A stretch of 64,000 bases of DNA, taken from positions 18,994,101 through 19,058,100 of the forward strand of contig NC_092677.1 of NCBI RefSeq assembly GCF_964355755.1. The letters run 5' to 3'. The notes beneath the pieces were generated by a model. It saw only the letters and a program-made list of their open reading frames with translations. It searched no databases and was not told the DNA's origin. The stretch comes from Antedon mediterranea (lineage: Eukaryota; Animalia; Echinodermata). Of the stretch, positions 16,790 through 29,000 are shown piece after piece; within the stretch, counting starts at the first letter, position 1, and each line of letters begins with the position of its first letter. A program made the translations under genes and the position numbers.

Positions 16790-19502
16790 AGGAATAGAAG
16801 GATATACATCGACGGTGACATATCAAACGATTTTCCAACGCGCTTGGCTTTACTTTGTGAGAAATAACCCAATATTTTTAATTATAGATTCTGTAATTCC
16901 CAATTTTAATGTCCTTTTATAGGTTACGGTATATCTATAGAAATTTGAATAAATTATCAGATCGTTGTGAATTGTAATCTTTGCAACAGATTACTCCTCT
17001 CTTATTTTGAAGCTCCTCTTTCATTTTTTTACTCGGGGAGGCGTTTATTCAAAGCGGGCGTTTATTCGAATAAATACGGTACTTAACTTTTCATGACGTC
17101 TAATGGAAACGAGGCTTAAAAAGTTAACAAATCACTGTAGCCCCAATTAAATTCACCGGTGATTAAATTAACACCTTAAAACATCACAAGATACAGTTAA
17201 AAATGCGAATTATTTCAAATATAACCAGTGCCTTGTTCCCACAATGTAAAATAGGGAGTGACCCCTTAGTTTCTCTCACTCTGTTGCTTTAAATTGTCAA
17301 TAAATTGAAATCATAATGTGGCTTAATACAATATTTGCATTAGTTATCCGCATATAACGGATAACTCCTTAGGCCTATCTTACCCTTGGATTTTTTTTCA
17401 TTTTGTACAAAGTAAACAAATGTGTTGAAAGTGGGTTTTAGATATCAATTATCAGACGTGTCCAAGGGTCGCTATCTTACCAGACCAGACACAAATTATT
17501 ACAATGGCGTAAACAAACCGTAAATATGAATAGTATATTATCAGAGGGAAGAGTGAAATTCTAAAATAAAAATTAATTGCACTCTTCCTCGACTATCCCT
17601 GATAGTAGGGCCTTGTCGACTTGCCAGATGCGGACAGAAAATTGATCGTAGGCCTACATTTTAATAATTATCGATTTATAATTGCCCCTATGTTTCATAA
17701 TTGTTAGGATTTTTATTGTGCTACACTATTTTGTTGAAAATAAGCATTTTCTTATCAGTGGTGGATAGTTCAAATGACACAGTGAAATCCCTATTGTACA
17801 CAATGTTGTAGAGAGGCATTTTTAAACAATTGGAAAAAAATAAACATTGTCGTAAAAAATATTATCAGATTACTAAATATAGATAATATAACTTAAATGT
17901 TACGTTTTGTGCTATAGCAAAAATTATCCACTTTCTAGGGATTCACCGGATCTGGTAATACATTGGTTAAACCAGGGAGTTGTTATTAACAACTCCCTGG
18001 TTAAACTACGTTGTTTATTATAACCATGGTGATATCTTGATACTTAAATGTGTTTTGCTGCCAAATAGCACTTAAATTAATATGTATATTGCAGTTGAAA
18101 TGTTTGACACTAAAGAAATATAAAAAGCATTATAAAAACTGCTATCAAGTGGTGATTAGATATACAATATATGTCTTGATATCAGTTTCATCTAGCTAAG
18201 TTAATTTTTCACAGAACATTCCTTATGGCCAGGAATCGATGTGGTTATGTTTTCACGGTGCACAATAAAAAATTACGCGGTCTACGCACGATTTAACGAA
18301 ATCACGTTTGTAATCATATCTTCACAAGCAAGAATCACAATTAAATAAAATTTGGTACTCATAAATATTAGGGCATAAATGGCAATACAATTACATGCGT
18401 AGCGCATGTAACGCATGCGTACGCGTGCTTACAATTTTCAAAATTGTTTTCGATGAAATAAGACAACATTTCAGGCAATTTTAAGCGTTTAAAAAATTGC
18501 TCTGAGTGCGCAGATTTTTGCATGCGCACTGCGCGTTAATGTTAATGCACTCTTTTTGCCCGATTTATGTTTTTCAACCTTTCTTTAATAATATCATCAT
18601 ATTAGATTCACTTTTCAACTCGAAATTACGTCATACGAGCACGTCAAAAGTGACAGGCTACGCACGTGTACATTTAAAAAAATAAAAATGTTTTTTCAAC
18701 TTTTTCAACATTTTTAAACATGTTCAGCAATTTCGGTCGGTTGGTCCGTCAGTAGGAGCACGCGACTGCAGCCTTATGGCCTTGTTTCATATAGAAATGC
18801 ATTATGGTGAAAACAATTCTTTCAACCTTTTACTAATTCTGAACATATCTTTCCTGTACTATTCATCAACAAAAGCAACAGTCATCCTCCAAGCACAGGA
18901 ACATAACACAAAAGTATGTGCAACATCAAAACAGTACAATTACATTGAAATCCCTTCACCATGCCTTCAACAAACACTGCATTTAGCCAAAGTAATTATA
19001 TTTATTAATTATTGCTAACACCTTCATCTTTTAATTATTGTGTAGCGGCACAACATCTATAAATTTACAGGTAGCCCCTTTCATCTGGCCAGACGCAAAA
19101 CATGGCATCTATCTCTAGTTCCGACAACTTTGGATATCGTTGGTCGGTAAAGAGCCTAATCCTATTTTCCTCAGTTTAGAGTTAAGCTTGACGAGGATAC
19201 CTTTTTTAATATTACCATTGATTATTATTATTATTATAATTATTATTAAGGAATAGAAGGATATACATCGACGGTGACATATCAAACGATTTTCCAACGC
19301 GCTTGGCTTTTTTAACACCTTAAAACATCACAAGATACAGTTAAAAATGCGAATTATTTCAAATATAACCAGTGCCTTGTCCCCACAATGTAAAATAGGG
19401 AGTGACCCCTTAGAGAAAGTGAGAGAATGATAAATTATGACAGATTAAAAGAATTAAAAAAAGATAAATGTCCTTCTCTGGGACTGGATAGGCCACCCGT
19501 AT

Positions 19503-19960
19503 TGGTTATCCGCAATAAAATTGTTGATATTGTCTATAGTAATTTGTCATAGATCAATGACATTTAAAAGAGCGCGCATCCATATTCTACGTATCCAAAT
19601 TTCTTTAACACGTTAATATGTTGTTGATCATATAATTCCCTTCCAAAATTGCTATATACGTGTTTAATTTTGATGACGTAATCATGTCAACAATATTGGA
19701 ATAAAAGGCGGGTCCCGTTATTTTCACTTTTCTGCACTGTATGTAGTATGTATAATGCAGTATAGGCCTATAATATATAGTGTATACCGTACTGTATATA
19801 TTTAGACACAAAATAGAGGGCACACTAACATTTTATTTTCTTTAGGTTACATTGGCATAATCGTTTTTCTGTGCGCAATATTCTAACGTATAACGTGTAC
19901 GTGGTGTTTGTGCGACGGCAGATAACCTAACTCGTCCATAGTGAACGAGTTCAAATCTAG
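19503..19960 (+). mobile_element. Internally deleted copy of the TTATCCGC HINE family
   Basis: 5' TGGTTATCCGC; 3' GCAGATAACCTAACTCGTCCATAGTGAACGAGTTCAAATCTAG|TT; body similar to 810-1169. Confidence 0.7.
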
Positions 19961-20128
19961 TTAAAGATGGTATTAATAAATAAATAAGTAAACACGGTAT
20001 GTCACGCACGTCGACCTCGGTGTAAGCTTGTCATCGTGCACGTCAACTTTGGTGGAAGCGTGCACGTCAACCCGTGGTACTAATAATGTGCTGTATACAA
20101 ATAATAAATGGTTATGAGTGGAATGGAA

Positions 20129-20740
20129 TCTATATTATAAGTGAGAGAGTTTCTATGTTTGTACGTTTGTGTGTTTGTTTGTTATACACTAACACTTGTT
20201 GTTACTGCACATAACCTTACATTATTAAGTATCAAAATGACCGCAATTGTACCCGGAAAGTTCTAAACTACATTTGAACATCATCCGCCATCTAGGATCC
20301 GAGTTAGGGGCCAAAATGTGTTCAAAATGGCCCACTTTTCCCCACTTTCGATTTGTTTGTTATACAAATGTATGTTTCTACACGTAACCATACCTATGGG
20401 GTATCAAAATGACCGCTATTTGTACCGGGAAGTAATACTGTTTGACAGGATGGTGGGAATTTTTGCTTAGGATATGGGTAGTAAGCTATCAAACTGACCA
20501 TAATTTTAATAGTAAATTGTAAAAGTATTTTAAATATCTCTGGGAAGGGGTTGGGAGTTTGGTGTGGGGTCGTAGTTTCAACACAACCAAAACTGTACTG
20601 GAAATGTACTATACAAACTATGTACTATGAAAACTGCCAATGTTTTTTGCTTCCTTATATCAATACAAATCAATTTTTTGCTGTTGGCCGAAAAATAAAT
20701 GATGCAGGTGAACCCTTTCTGGCTCCCCAACTATTAGCTT
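20129..20740 (+). mobile_element. Possible degenerate non-autonomous Helitron
   Basis: A|TCTATATTATAAGTGAGAGAG start followed by a TTTG/GTTT microsatellite and an internal approximately 180-bp repeat (GTATCAAAATGACCGC x2); 3' end not clear. Confidence 0.35.
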
Positions 20741-20947
20741 TCCTTATATATCACTGTTACGACCACTTTTGGCCTAGGCCGAAATACCTAAATAAATAGC
20801 AACAACGAGGCTTGGAACAAACAATAGTCGACGCTCAGAGTATTATGCAAAGAGCACGAGCTCCATTTATTTCCTTTCACGAAGCACAAAATACATAACA
20901 ACACAATTATAGATACGTATGATACCGAGTGGTTGGTTTGCCTGGCC

Positions 20948-21822
20948 GCGATTTTTTTTTTCGTACATAAGTTGGGGACCCCCTCATGAAACGTCACAAA
21001 ATAAACATGAATAATTCATCAGTTAAATTTTCTTGTTCCGTGTGCACCCAAGCGTATAGCAACAAGAAGTGATTACACAAGTGCGGTACGATTCTAGGCC
21101 TATCTCCGCTGTTGTTGCGGCGTGCAATTTCATAGAAGAATAGCGGCGTTTTGTGTGGATTGTCGAAATAATCAGCCTTTAGTTTATGGTGTTTTTAATA
21201 TAATTTATTACTAAAGAATTACGTGTTAAAATTATAGTTTCTATTAATACTATTAGGCCTAATTTAGTCTCTAAACCCATGTCTATTCTAGTAGTAGCTG
21301 TGTGGATGTGTGTGACGTGTATGTGTTAGGTATGACCAAAGATAGTGTAACTATCCGAGTAATAAGTCAGCAAAATTAAACAATAAACATTACACAAAAA
21401 TACATTTTTTATTCTCGTGGGTCAAATCTTCCCATCTCATGTGTTCATGTCGCGCATTTTTAAAGTTCCTTTGAGTACATGCATATTTGTTTGATAATAA
21501 AAGCAGAATTAAAAAATTACAGTACACAAATTATACACATTCTTTATTCTTGTGGGTCTAAGCTTTCTTTGGGCTACGTCCAATGAATTACTACTTAGTT
21601 TAATGTCTTGCCTAGCTGTCGATTAGCCTCGACTCGACACATTTTGCATAGTGGTGTGTGTAGGCCTACTGTAGAAAGTATCGTATCGCAGTTGTGTAAT
21701 CACTTCTTGTTGCTATACGCTTGGGTGCACACGGAACAACAAATTTAACTGATGAATTATTCATGTTTATTTTGTGACGTTTCATGAGGGGTCCCCAACT
21801 TATGTACGAAAAAAAAAATCGC
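20948..21822. mobile_element. Mutator/MULE-type non-autonomous element
   Basis: About 140-bp near-perfect TIRs (GCGATTTTTTTTTTCGTACATAAGTTGGGGACCCC...) and a perfect 9-bp TSD TGCCTGGCC (20939-20947, 21823-21831). Confidence 0.88.
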
Positions 21823-22853
21823 TGCCTGGCCATCTGTACACATCACAACCTCCCCATTCTTATCGTCCTGCCTCGCTTCCAGTCTCAATAATTCAGTTAA
21901 AAACGAACGTAAGTCCAAAAACTCCCTCTAGCGGACAAACTGCATAGACCTATCTTTATTCTAAAACAACTGCATTCCTCTGCTAGTTTTAAACGGACCC
22001 CGATAACATAAACATAAACGTTTCCTGATGTACTGTAGGCTTTCTTAGGCTCTTTTTACTCGGGGGTACCCGAGTCTAGGACTTACTCATTTTCTCCTCC
22101 TCTTCCTCCATCTGGACACTATTGAGTAAAAAGTGCGATATTTAAAGTACTACTCCTCCCTTATTAGTTGTAGTATTGAGCTGGGATTTGGCATGAATAT
22201 ACTACAAGGACATGTCCTCAAATCTATAGAGCCGCCGGATTTTTAAATTTCAAACCGGATGCAGCCATATGACGTCTCGAAGATGGTACCATATAGCCGT
22301 ATTTGGTAGGTTATTGATGTGTATGTGACGTCACATCCCGTCTTATGACGTCATTACAGCTTCATTTGCTGTACCCCGAGTATCGCACACTCGTGCTTTT
22401 TACTCGGGGTACCCGAGTCTAGGACTTACTCATTTTCTCCTCTTCCTCCATCTGGACACTATTGAGTAAAAAGTGCGATTTTTAAAGTACTACTCCTCCC
22501 TTATTAGTTGTAGTATTGAGCTGGGATTTGGCATGAATATACTACAGGGACATGTCCTCAAATCTATAGAGCCGCCGGATTTTTAAATTTCAAACCGGAT
22601 GCAGCCATATGACGTCTCGAAGATGGTACCATATAGCCGTATTTGGTAGGTTATTGATGTGTATGTGACGTCACATCCCGTCTTATGACGTCATTACAGC
22701 TTCATTTGCTGTACCCCGAGTATCGCACATTCGTGCTTTTTACTCGGGGTACCCGAGTCTAGGACTTACTCATTTTCTCCTCCTCTTCCTCCATCTGGAC
22801 ACTATTGAGTAAAAAGTGCGATTTTTAAAGTACTACTCCTCCCTTATTAGTTG

Positions 22854-25720
22854 TAGTCCAGTCCCTAAGGGGAAATGATGTTACCATAGTGGATACAAGT
22901 GTGCCCTTTGGCATGTTGATAGAACATGATATGGAGATACCAAAACAAAGTTACTGGAAATCTGATTTGACCTCTGTGACCTCTGACCTCAATTTTTATA
23001 TTTCTATCTTAAACAGCCATATCTCCGCAACGGGTTTGACAATTGAAATGATATTGGTGTCAAATAGATCAGAGGGTACATATTTATATTCGCTCTAATA
23101 GAACTTTTTTCAAAAAAACGACTGGAAATGTAATTTCTCAATGTTTTGACCTTTGACCTCGGCTTACTATATCTCAATAACTACTGGTCAAAATTTCTTG
23201 AAATTTGTTTCAAATTGTTAAGAGCATACATATTTATATATACTCTAATTAAACATGTTCTTCCAAATCCACAGGAAATGTCATTTACTGACCTTTGACC
23301 TTTAATGTTTAAATATGTCTGTATCTCTGTAACAAAATGTCATAAACAGTTCAACTTGGTGTCAAAATGTTCAAAATGTAAACATTTATATTAGCTCTAA
23401 TAGAAGATGTTATCATATTTTTACTGGAAATGCCAGTTTGAGGTATGACCAGGATATACTGTTAAGCGTGCGTGTGTCATACTTATAATAATATACCTAA
23501 AATATAGATTTAATGGACCAGAACTACATTCAATATCCTATTTAGCCTTTTACAATTTTCTTAAAACTTAATGTTTAATTTAATTTCAATATATAATTCC
23601 ATCGCATGGTAGGTCTACACCGTAAGAGCAACACTTAATATCAACAAAAAATTAGATAAACTTAACATAACATTTAAAAAAAAAGAAAGAAAATCAGGAT
23701 CTTAAAGAAAGAAAAGAAGAATTAACACATGCGATTTGATACTCATAAAGCATATGACCTAATTATCAATTAATTGCTTGAAGTATGCTGAAAAAATAAA
23801 ATGTTTGAAACAGTGAGGAAAAAGCGAAGAAAAGAAAAACATATGTTTAAAATATTAGAAATCTGAAAAGGATCAAAGACAAATTAATTACAAAGCTGAT
23901 TTCTTTTCAAGAACATACTGTAGTGGAATATAAAAGGAAAACTTAAAGAAATTAAGAGAAGCAATGATAATTATACTTTAATCCACAAAAACATGACAAA
24001 ACTGACATCAACCATTACCGACCAAACGAACATTATCACATGTACACAAATAATTTACAAAAGTAATCAAAAAATAAAATCAGAGACCGACTAGAAGTAA
24101 ATAAACCAATATATAAGGCTTTATACAGGAGGACCATCTTATACAGTTTGTCAATCAACTAAAATAAAAAGGAAATGAATATCACCAAATCTTTGATTTA
24201 GAGATTATCAGAAAGCATTTGACTCAATAAAACAAGCATTACCATATTAGAGGGAAATATTATACCTCAACAAATATTGATTACGATCGTTTAAGAGAAG
24301 TTAAGGAAGATTAGTAAGACAAGGCGACATTTAAGATCTTCACTGCATTGGAAGAGGTGTTTAATCAAAGAGCTAATCTAAAAAATAGAGTAAATATCAC
24401 TTTAAAGACAAAATAAACAGTTAATTTAACCAAAATCACAGCCTATTTTTTGCTTTGAATTACAGTTTTTTTGGGTAATGCACTATATCATTTTTTTTTC
24501 AATCCAATTTTTGGTGAAACTATTATGTGTGACATTAAAATTGCATATTCAACAAAACTATTTGTCAAAATTATTTTTGTCAGGGGGAAAATAAGTATAT
24601 CTTTAATAGCATGTGATATTATTAGCAAATATTTCAAATGTAGTTTTAAAACTTTCCCATTACAAACAATTGCCATAATTCTGATAACATTACAATACAC
24701 CCATCCTCTGGGACTTATTTTCAAATGTAGCTAAAAACTTTCCAGTACAATTCCGGTCATTTTGATGTGTATAGATGCATGCAGTGGCATTGGAAAAGCG
24801 AGAGAGGGGGAGGTGGTTGGGGTGATGGAGAGACACATATATTTTACATGTTTGTCTACACTATAAACTAGTTTAACAAAAAAGGTGTGATGTGCCCAAA
24901 TATGGTAGTGATATGTCATTCATCGTGTCCATATATGGGCACATCACATTTTTTTGTCGCATAAAAATGTTATAATGTAGACAGAGTTTAACATTTGTGT
25001 AACATGTAACAAAAATATGTGTCTCTCCATCCACCCCAACCCTCTCCCCTCTCTCGATCTCTTTTTATAGATTATTAATTGCTAAATATATGCAAAACGA
25101 TGGGTCATAGCTCAAAATGACATTTCCAATTGAATTCTGACAAAATATTTTGTTAGAGCAAATATAAATGTGTATATTCTAAACAATTTGACACCAAACT
25201 GAACTTTTTAGGACAAATAGTTACCGAGATATTGACATATTCAAACATTAGAGGTCAAGGGTCAAAAAAGCTTAATTTATGGTAATTTTTTGAAAAAAGT
25301 TTCTATTAGACTAAATATTAGATTTATTTTCTTAACATTTTGAGCCCATTCTCAAATCTCTGAGATTGCCTGTTATTGAGATATTAGGCAATCAAGGTCA
25401 AAGGTCAAACTGAAAAATAAAGCTTTTGCGGCCATTTTTGTACAATTATTTTCATTATAGCGAATATAAATATATATCTTCCAAGCATTTTGAAAAAAAA
25501 ATAAATGTAAAATGTCCCTGCGTTGTCAAGATATGGCGATTTTTAGTTATATAATAGAAAAATATAAAAATTGAGGTCAGAGGTCACAGAGGTCAAATCA
25601 GATTTCCAGTAACTTTGTTTTGGCATCTCCACACTATACTCTACCAAACTGCTATACTGAAAAATTTGTATCCAGTCTGGTAACATCCCACCCCTTTTTC
25701 TCCCCTTAGGGACTGGACTA
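22854..25720. mobile_element. Academ-like non-autonomous DNA transposon nested in a Helentron unit
   Basis: TAGTCCAGTCCCTAAGGGGA ... TCCCCTTAGGGACTGGACTA termini with several hundred bp of imperfect inverted subterminal sequence; 3-bp TSD TTG proven by comparison with uninterrupted units. TAG termini with a 3-bp TSD fit Academ; no transposase ORF. Confidence 0.8.
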
Positions 25721-26067
25721 TTGTAGTATTGAGCTGGGATTTGGCATGAATATACTACAGGGACATGTCCTCAAATCTATAGAGCCGGATTTTTAAATTT
25801 CAAACCGGATGCAGCCATATGACGTCTCGAAGATGGTACCATATAGCCGTATTTGGTAGGTTATTGATGTGTATGTGACGTCACATCCCGTCTTAAGACG
25901 TCATTACAGCTTCATTTGCTGTACCCCGAGTATCGCACATTCGTGCTTTTTACTCGGGGTACCCGAGTCTAGGACTTACTCATTTTCTCCTCCTCTTCCT
26001 CCATCTGGACACTATTGAGTCTAATAATAGACGCGGATATAAACAGAAGCATGAAACAGAGCGACTT

Positions 26068-29000
26068 ATGAATGAAAGCGATGAAAATCGTTCTAAGAGG
26101 CTAGGTAGATTCAAAAGTTATCACGAATCTCATCGAGATGATATCAGCGTTAAGAAGAAAAGTTATCACGAATCTCATCGAGATGATATCAGCGCTAAGA
26201 AGAAAAGTTATCACGAATCTCATCGAGATGATATCAACGCTAAGAAGAAAAGTCATTACGAATCTCATCGTCAAAAAAAAGAGAAGTGTGTGAAACGATA
26301 CACACATAAAAAACATAGTAACACCGAAAACGATCGATTGAGCAAATTTCCAGAACATTTACGTTATGGTCCAATATACCCATGCATAGTTTGTCATCGG
26401 ATGTTGTATAAAAATGGTGTAACGGAAATTACCGAAAAGTTACGAACAAAAATGAACACGAACAACGCATATGAACTATACGTCATCAAAGCAGAATTGC
26501 TCTCTACCGATAAAACAAAATACGTTTGTCATACATGTAAAGGTTACTTGGTGAAAGGTAAAATGTCACCTATGTGTGTGAGAAACGGCTTGAATCTTGA
26601 TCCTATTCCACCAGATCTAGAGCTGTCTGAACTTGGTAGAGTACTCGTAGCTAGATCTATTTTATTCCTAAAATTACGTGTTCTACCGTCTAGTGGATGG
26701 TCAGCAATGAAAGACCGGGTCATTTATGTACCTATAACTGATGATGATATATTGAATACTATGTCACAATTAAGGAGTTTACCACGACTGCCAGATGATG
26801 CTGGTTTGATTACAGTGAAACTCAAGCGACAGATAGAGAAACAGCCTTATATGTTAAATGCATATATTGATCCGAAGAAGCTAATACAAGCTATAATGAC
26901 ACTTAAAGAGCTGGGACATCCTGGGTACACTGATGTCAAGATCAACGAATTCTATCACGCACAAATCAAACAGGAGGTGGCTAATGATCCAGACGAAGAA
27001 GAAGATTCTCCCATAGTTGAAATAGTCAACGATGATGATGTAAATATCAAGACTAATGAGAATAATGATAGTAATGATAGAAGTGATACTAAAGAAACCA
27101 ATGAAAATGAAGAAGACGGAAGAACTCGTTATCAAAGCTGTAATAATCTTTCCACGGTGATGTCAGACGATCATGCAGAAATACATCTAGTTTGTCCGGA
27201 GAGAGAAAAGAATCGGTCTGATACAGATAGCCTTTCTGTCGCACCTGGACAAGGTAAAACACCTACTAATTTCATGAGAGATGAAAGTTGGGATATAAAT
27301 TCATTTCCAACATTGTATCCCACTGGTCGGTATGGTTTACACTACTTGCGTGCTATCAAATTGGCTCCTTGGAAGTTTTTCTGTCAAAGACTTTATAATG
27401 TAGACAGACGATTCATTTCTAGTGATGCATTCACTTTCGCTTCCTTATATTATCTCGAACGACACTCTATTGAAAGTCAAATCAGTGTCAGTTACTTGAA
27501 GGGAAATGTCAATTCATCGCGGGAATTGCAAAATGTGGAGGACGCGTTTTCTGTTCTTGACCAAATTCCAGGTTCACCTCGATATTGGAAAAAACAGCGA
27601 AATATAATGTTCGCACGACTAGAGAATCTTGGTCCGTTTCTTTTCTTTTTCACACTGTCCTGTGCTGATACACGATGGCCAGAAAACATCACGTCTATCC
27701 TTTCACGGAACCATGACATCAGTTACCAAATGGAAGATGGGATCGAAACTATATATGTTGATGGTGAACCACTAGAGTATACGGAAGAAGGAAGAATAAA
27801 AATAGACAACTTGAGCAATTTACTTCAAGAAAACACGGATATAGTGGCACGTAATTTCAACCAAAGAGTAAAGGCATTTATCAAAAACATAATGATGGGT
27901 ACAAACAGTCCTATGCATATTGAATCCTATAACTACAGGGTAGAGTTTCAAAAACGGGGTGCTGGACACATTCATTGAGTCTGTTGGCCAACTTTTGAGA
28001 AACTAGAAGAAGATTTTCCAGGAATTACATCATCTATTGATTCCCTGCGGCAGAACAAGCATCTCTCTGATAGTCAAAAAGATGTGACAGTAAAGTTGGT
28101 AGATAATTTCATCACCTGTGATACAAAACCGGAAAACGATCTATATTATATTGCCAAACAACTGCAAACTCACAGTCACACTAAATCCTGTCGCAAGTAT
28201 GGAACAGATTGCAGATTCGGATTCCCACGTTTTCCTAGTGAAAGAACGATCATCGCACAGCCCTTGAACAAATCACAACTGACTGACGATGAATACAAAC
28301 AGATACTGGGCAATCATCACACTACACTGGAAGCAGTGAGGAAAACCTTGCTAGATCTGCAGAAAAAGAATAAATTAGACGAAACATCAATAGATCAACT
28401 ACTGCGATTAGCGGATGTTTCACACGAAGACTATTACAGAGCGCTCGAAGTTAGCGAGAAAGGCACAGTAATTGTACTGAAACGAGCGGTGAATGAAATA
28501 ATGGTCAACAATTACAACAAAGAATGGATACGAGCGTGGGATGGTAATATGGATCTACATGTCTGTTTGGACTATTATGCAGTGATCACTTATATTACCG
28601 ACTATTACATGAAGGATGATACCGGAACGATGAAATATCTCATAGATGCTGCCAAAGAAATGCGTGGGAGCGATAAAAGTAACCAAGAGAAATGAGATAC
28701 CTAGCAAGAGTATTCTTGACATACAGAGACAAAGGTAAATTTGAGGCCATTTACCTTATGGATCCTAGCCTTCATCTGACAAATTCCAACATAAAGCCTG
28801 TTTGGGTTGACACTAATCTTCCGGAGAAACGGAGGAAATTCCTCATGCAAATAGATGATGGTGATTACAGTGATGATGCAGATCCCGCAATGTCTGAGCC
28901 TGACGATGACGATGACGAGAATAATCGTACAATGAAAAAATCTAACAGAGCAAATAGTAATTTCATTACTATACCTGGCAAAAAAGGTAAATACGTTCAG

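Larger units (their letters stand above)
14739..19413 (+). repeat. Head-to-tail tandem duplication (copy 1 14739-17269, copy 2 17270-19413)
   Basis: Both copies start TTTCTCTCACTCTGTTGC and end GTGACCCCTTAG; highly similar with several indels (for example, duplicate ORFs at 16274 and 18776). Confidence 0.95.

Noticed and set aside
16274-19318. Duplicated 80-aa and poly-Ile ORFs
   Set aside because: Products of the tandem duplication and an ATT microsatellite; no recognisable domain.
22057-22850. 340-bp repeats as a CRISPR or RNA-gene array
   Set aside because: Units are contiguous without spacers and have Helentron subTIR/hairpin ends.
27976-27978. In-frame TGA after the HUH motif as selenocysteine or programmed readthrough
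   Set aside because: The same ORF has several frameshifts and deletions, so a nonsense mutation (probably GGA to TGA) is simpler.
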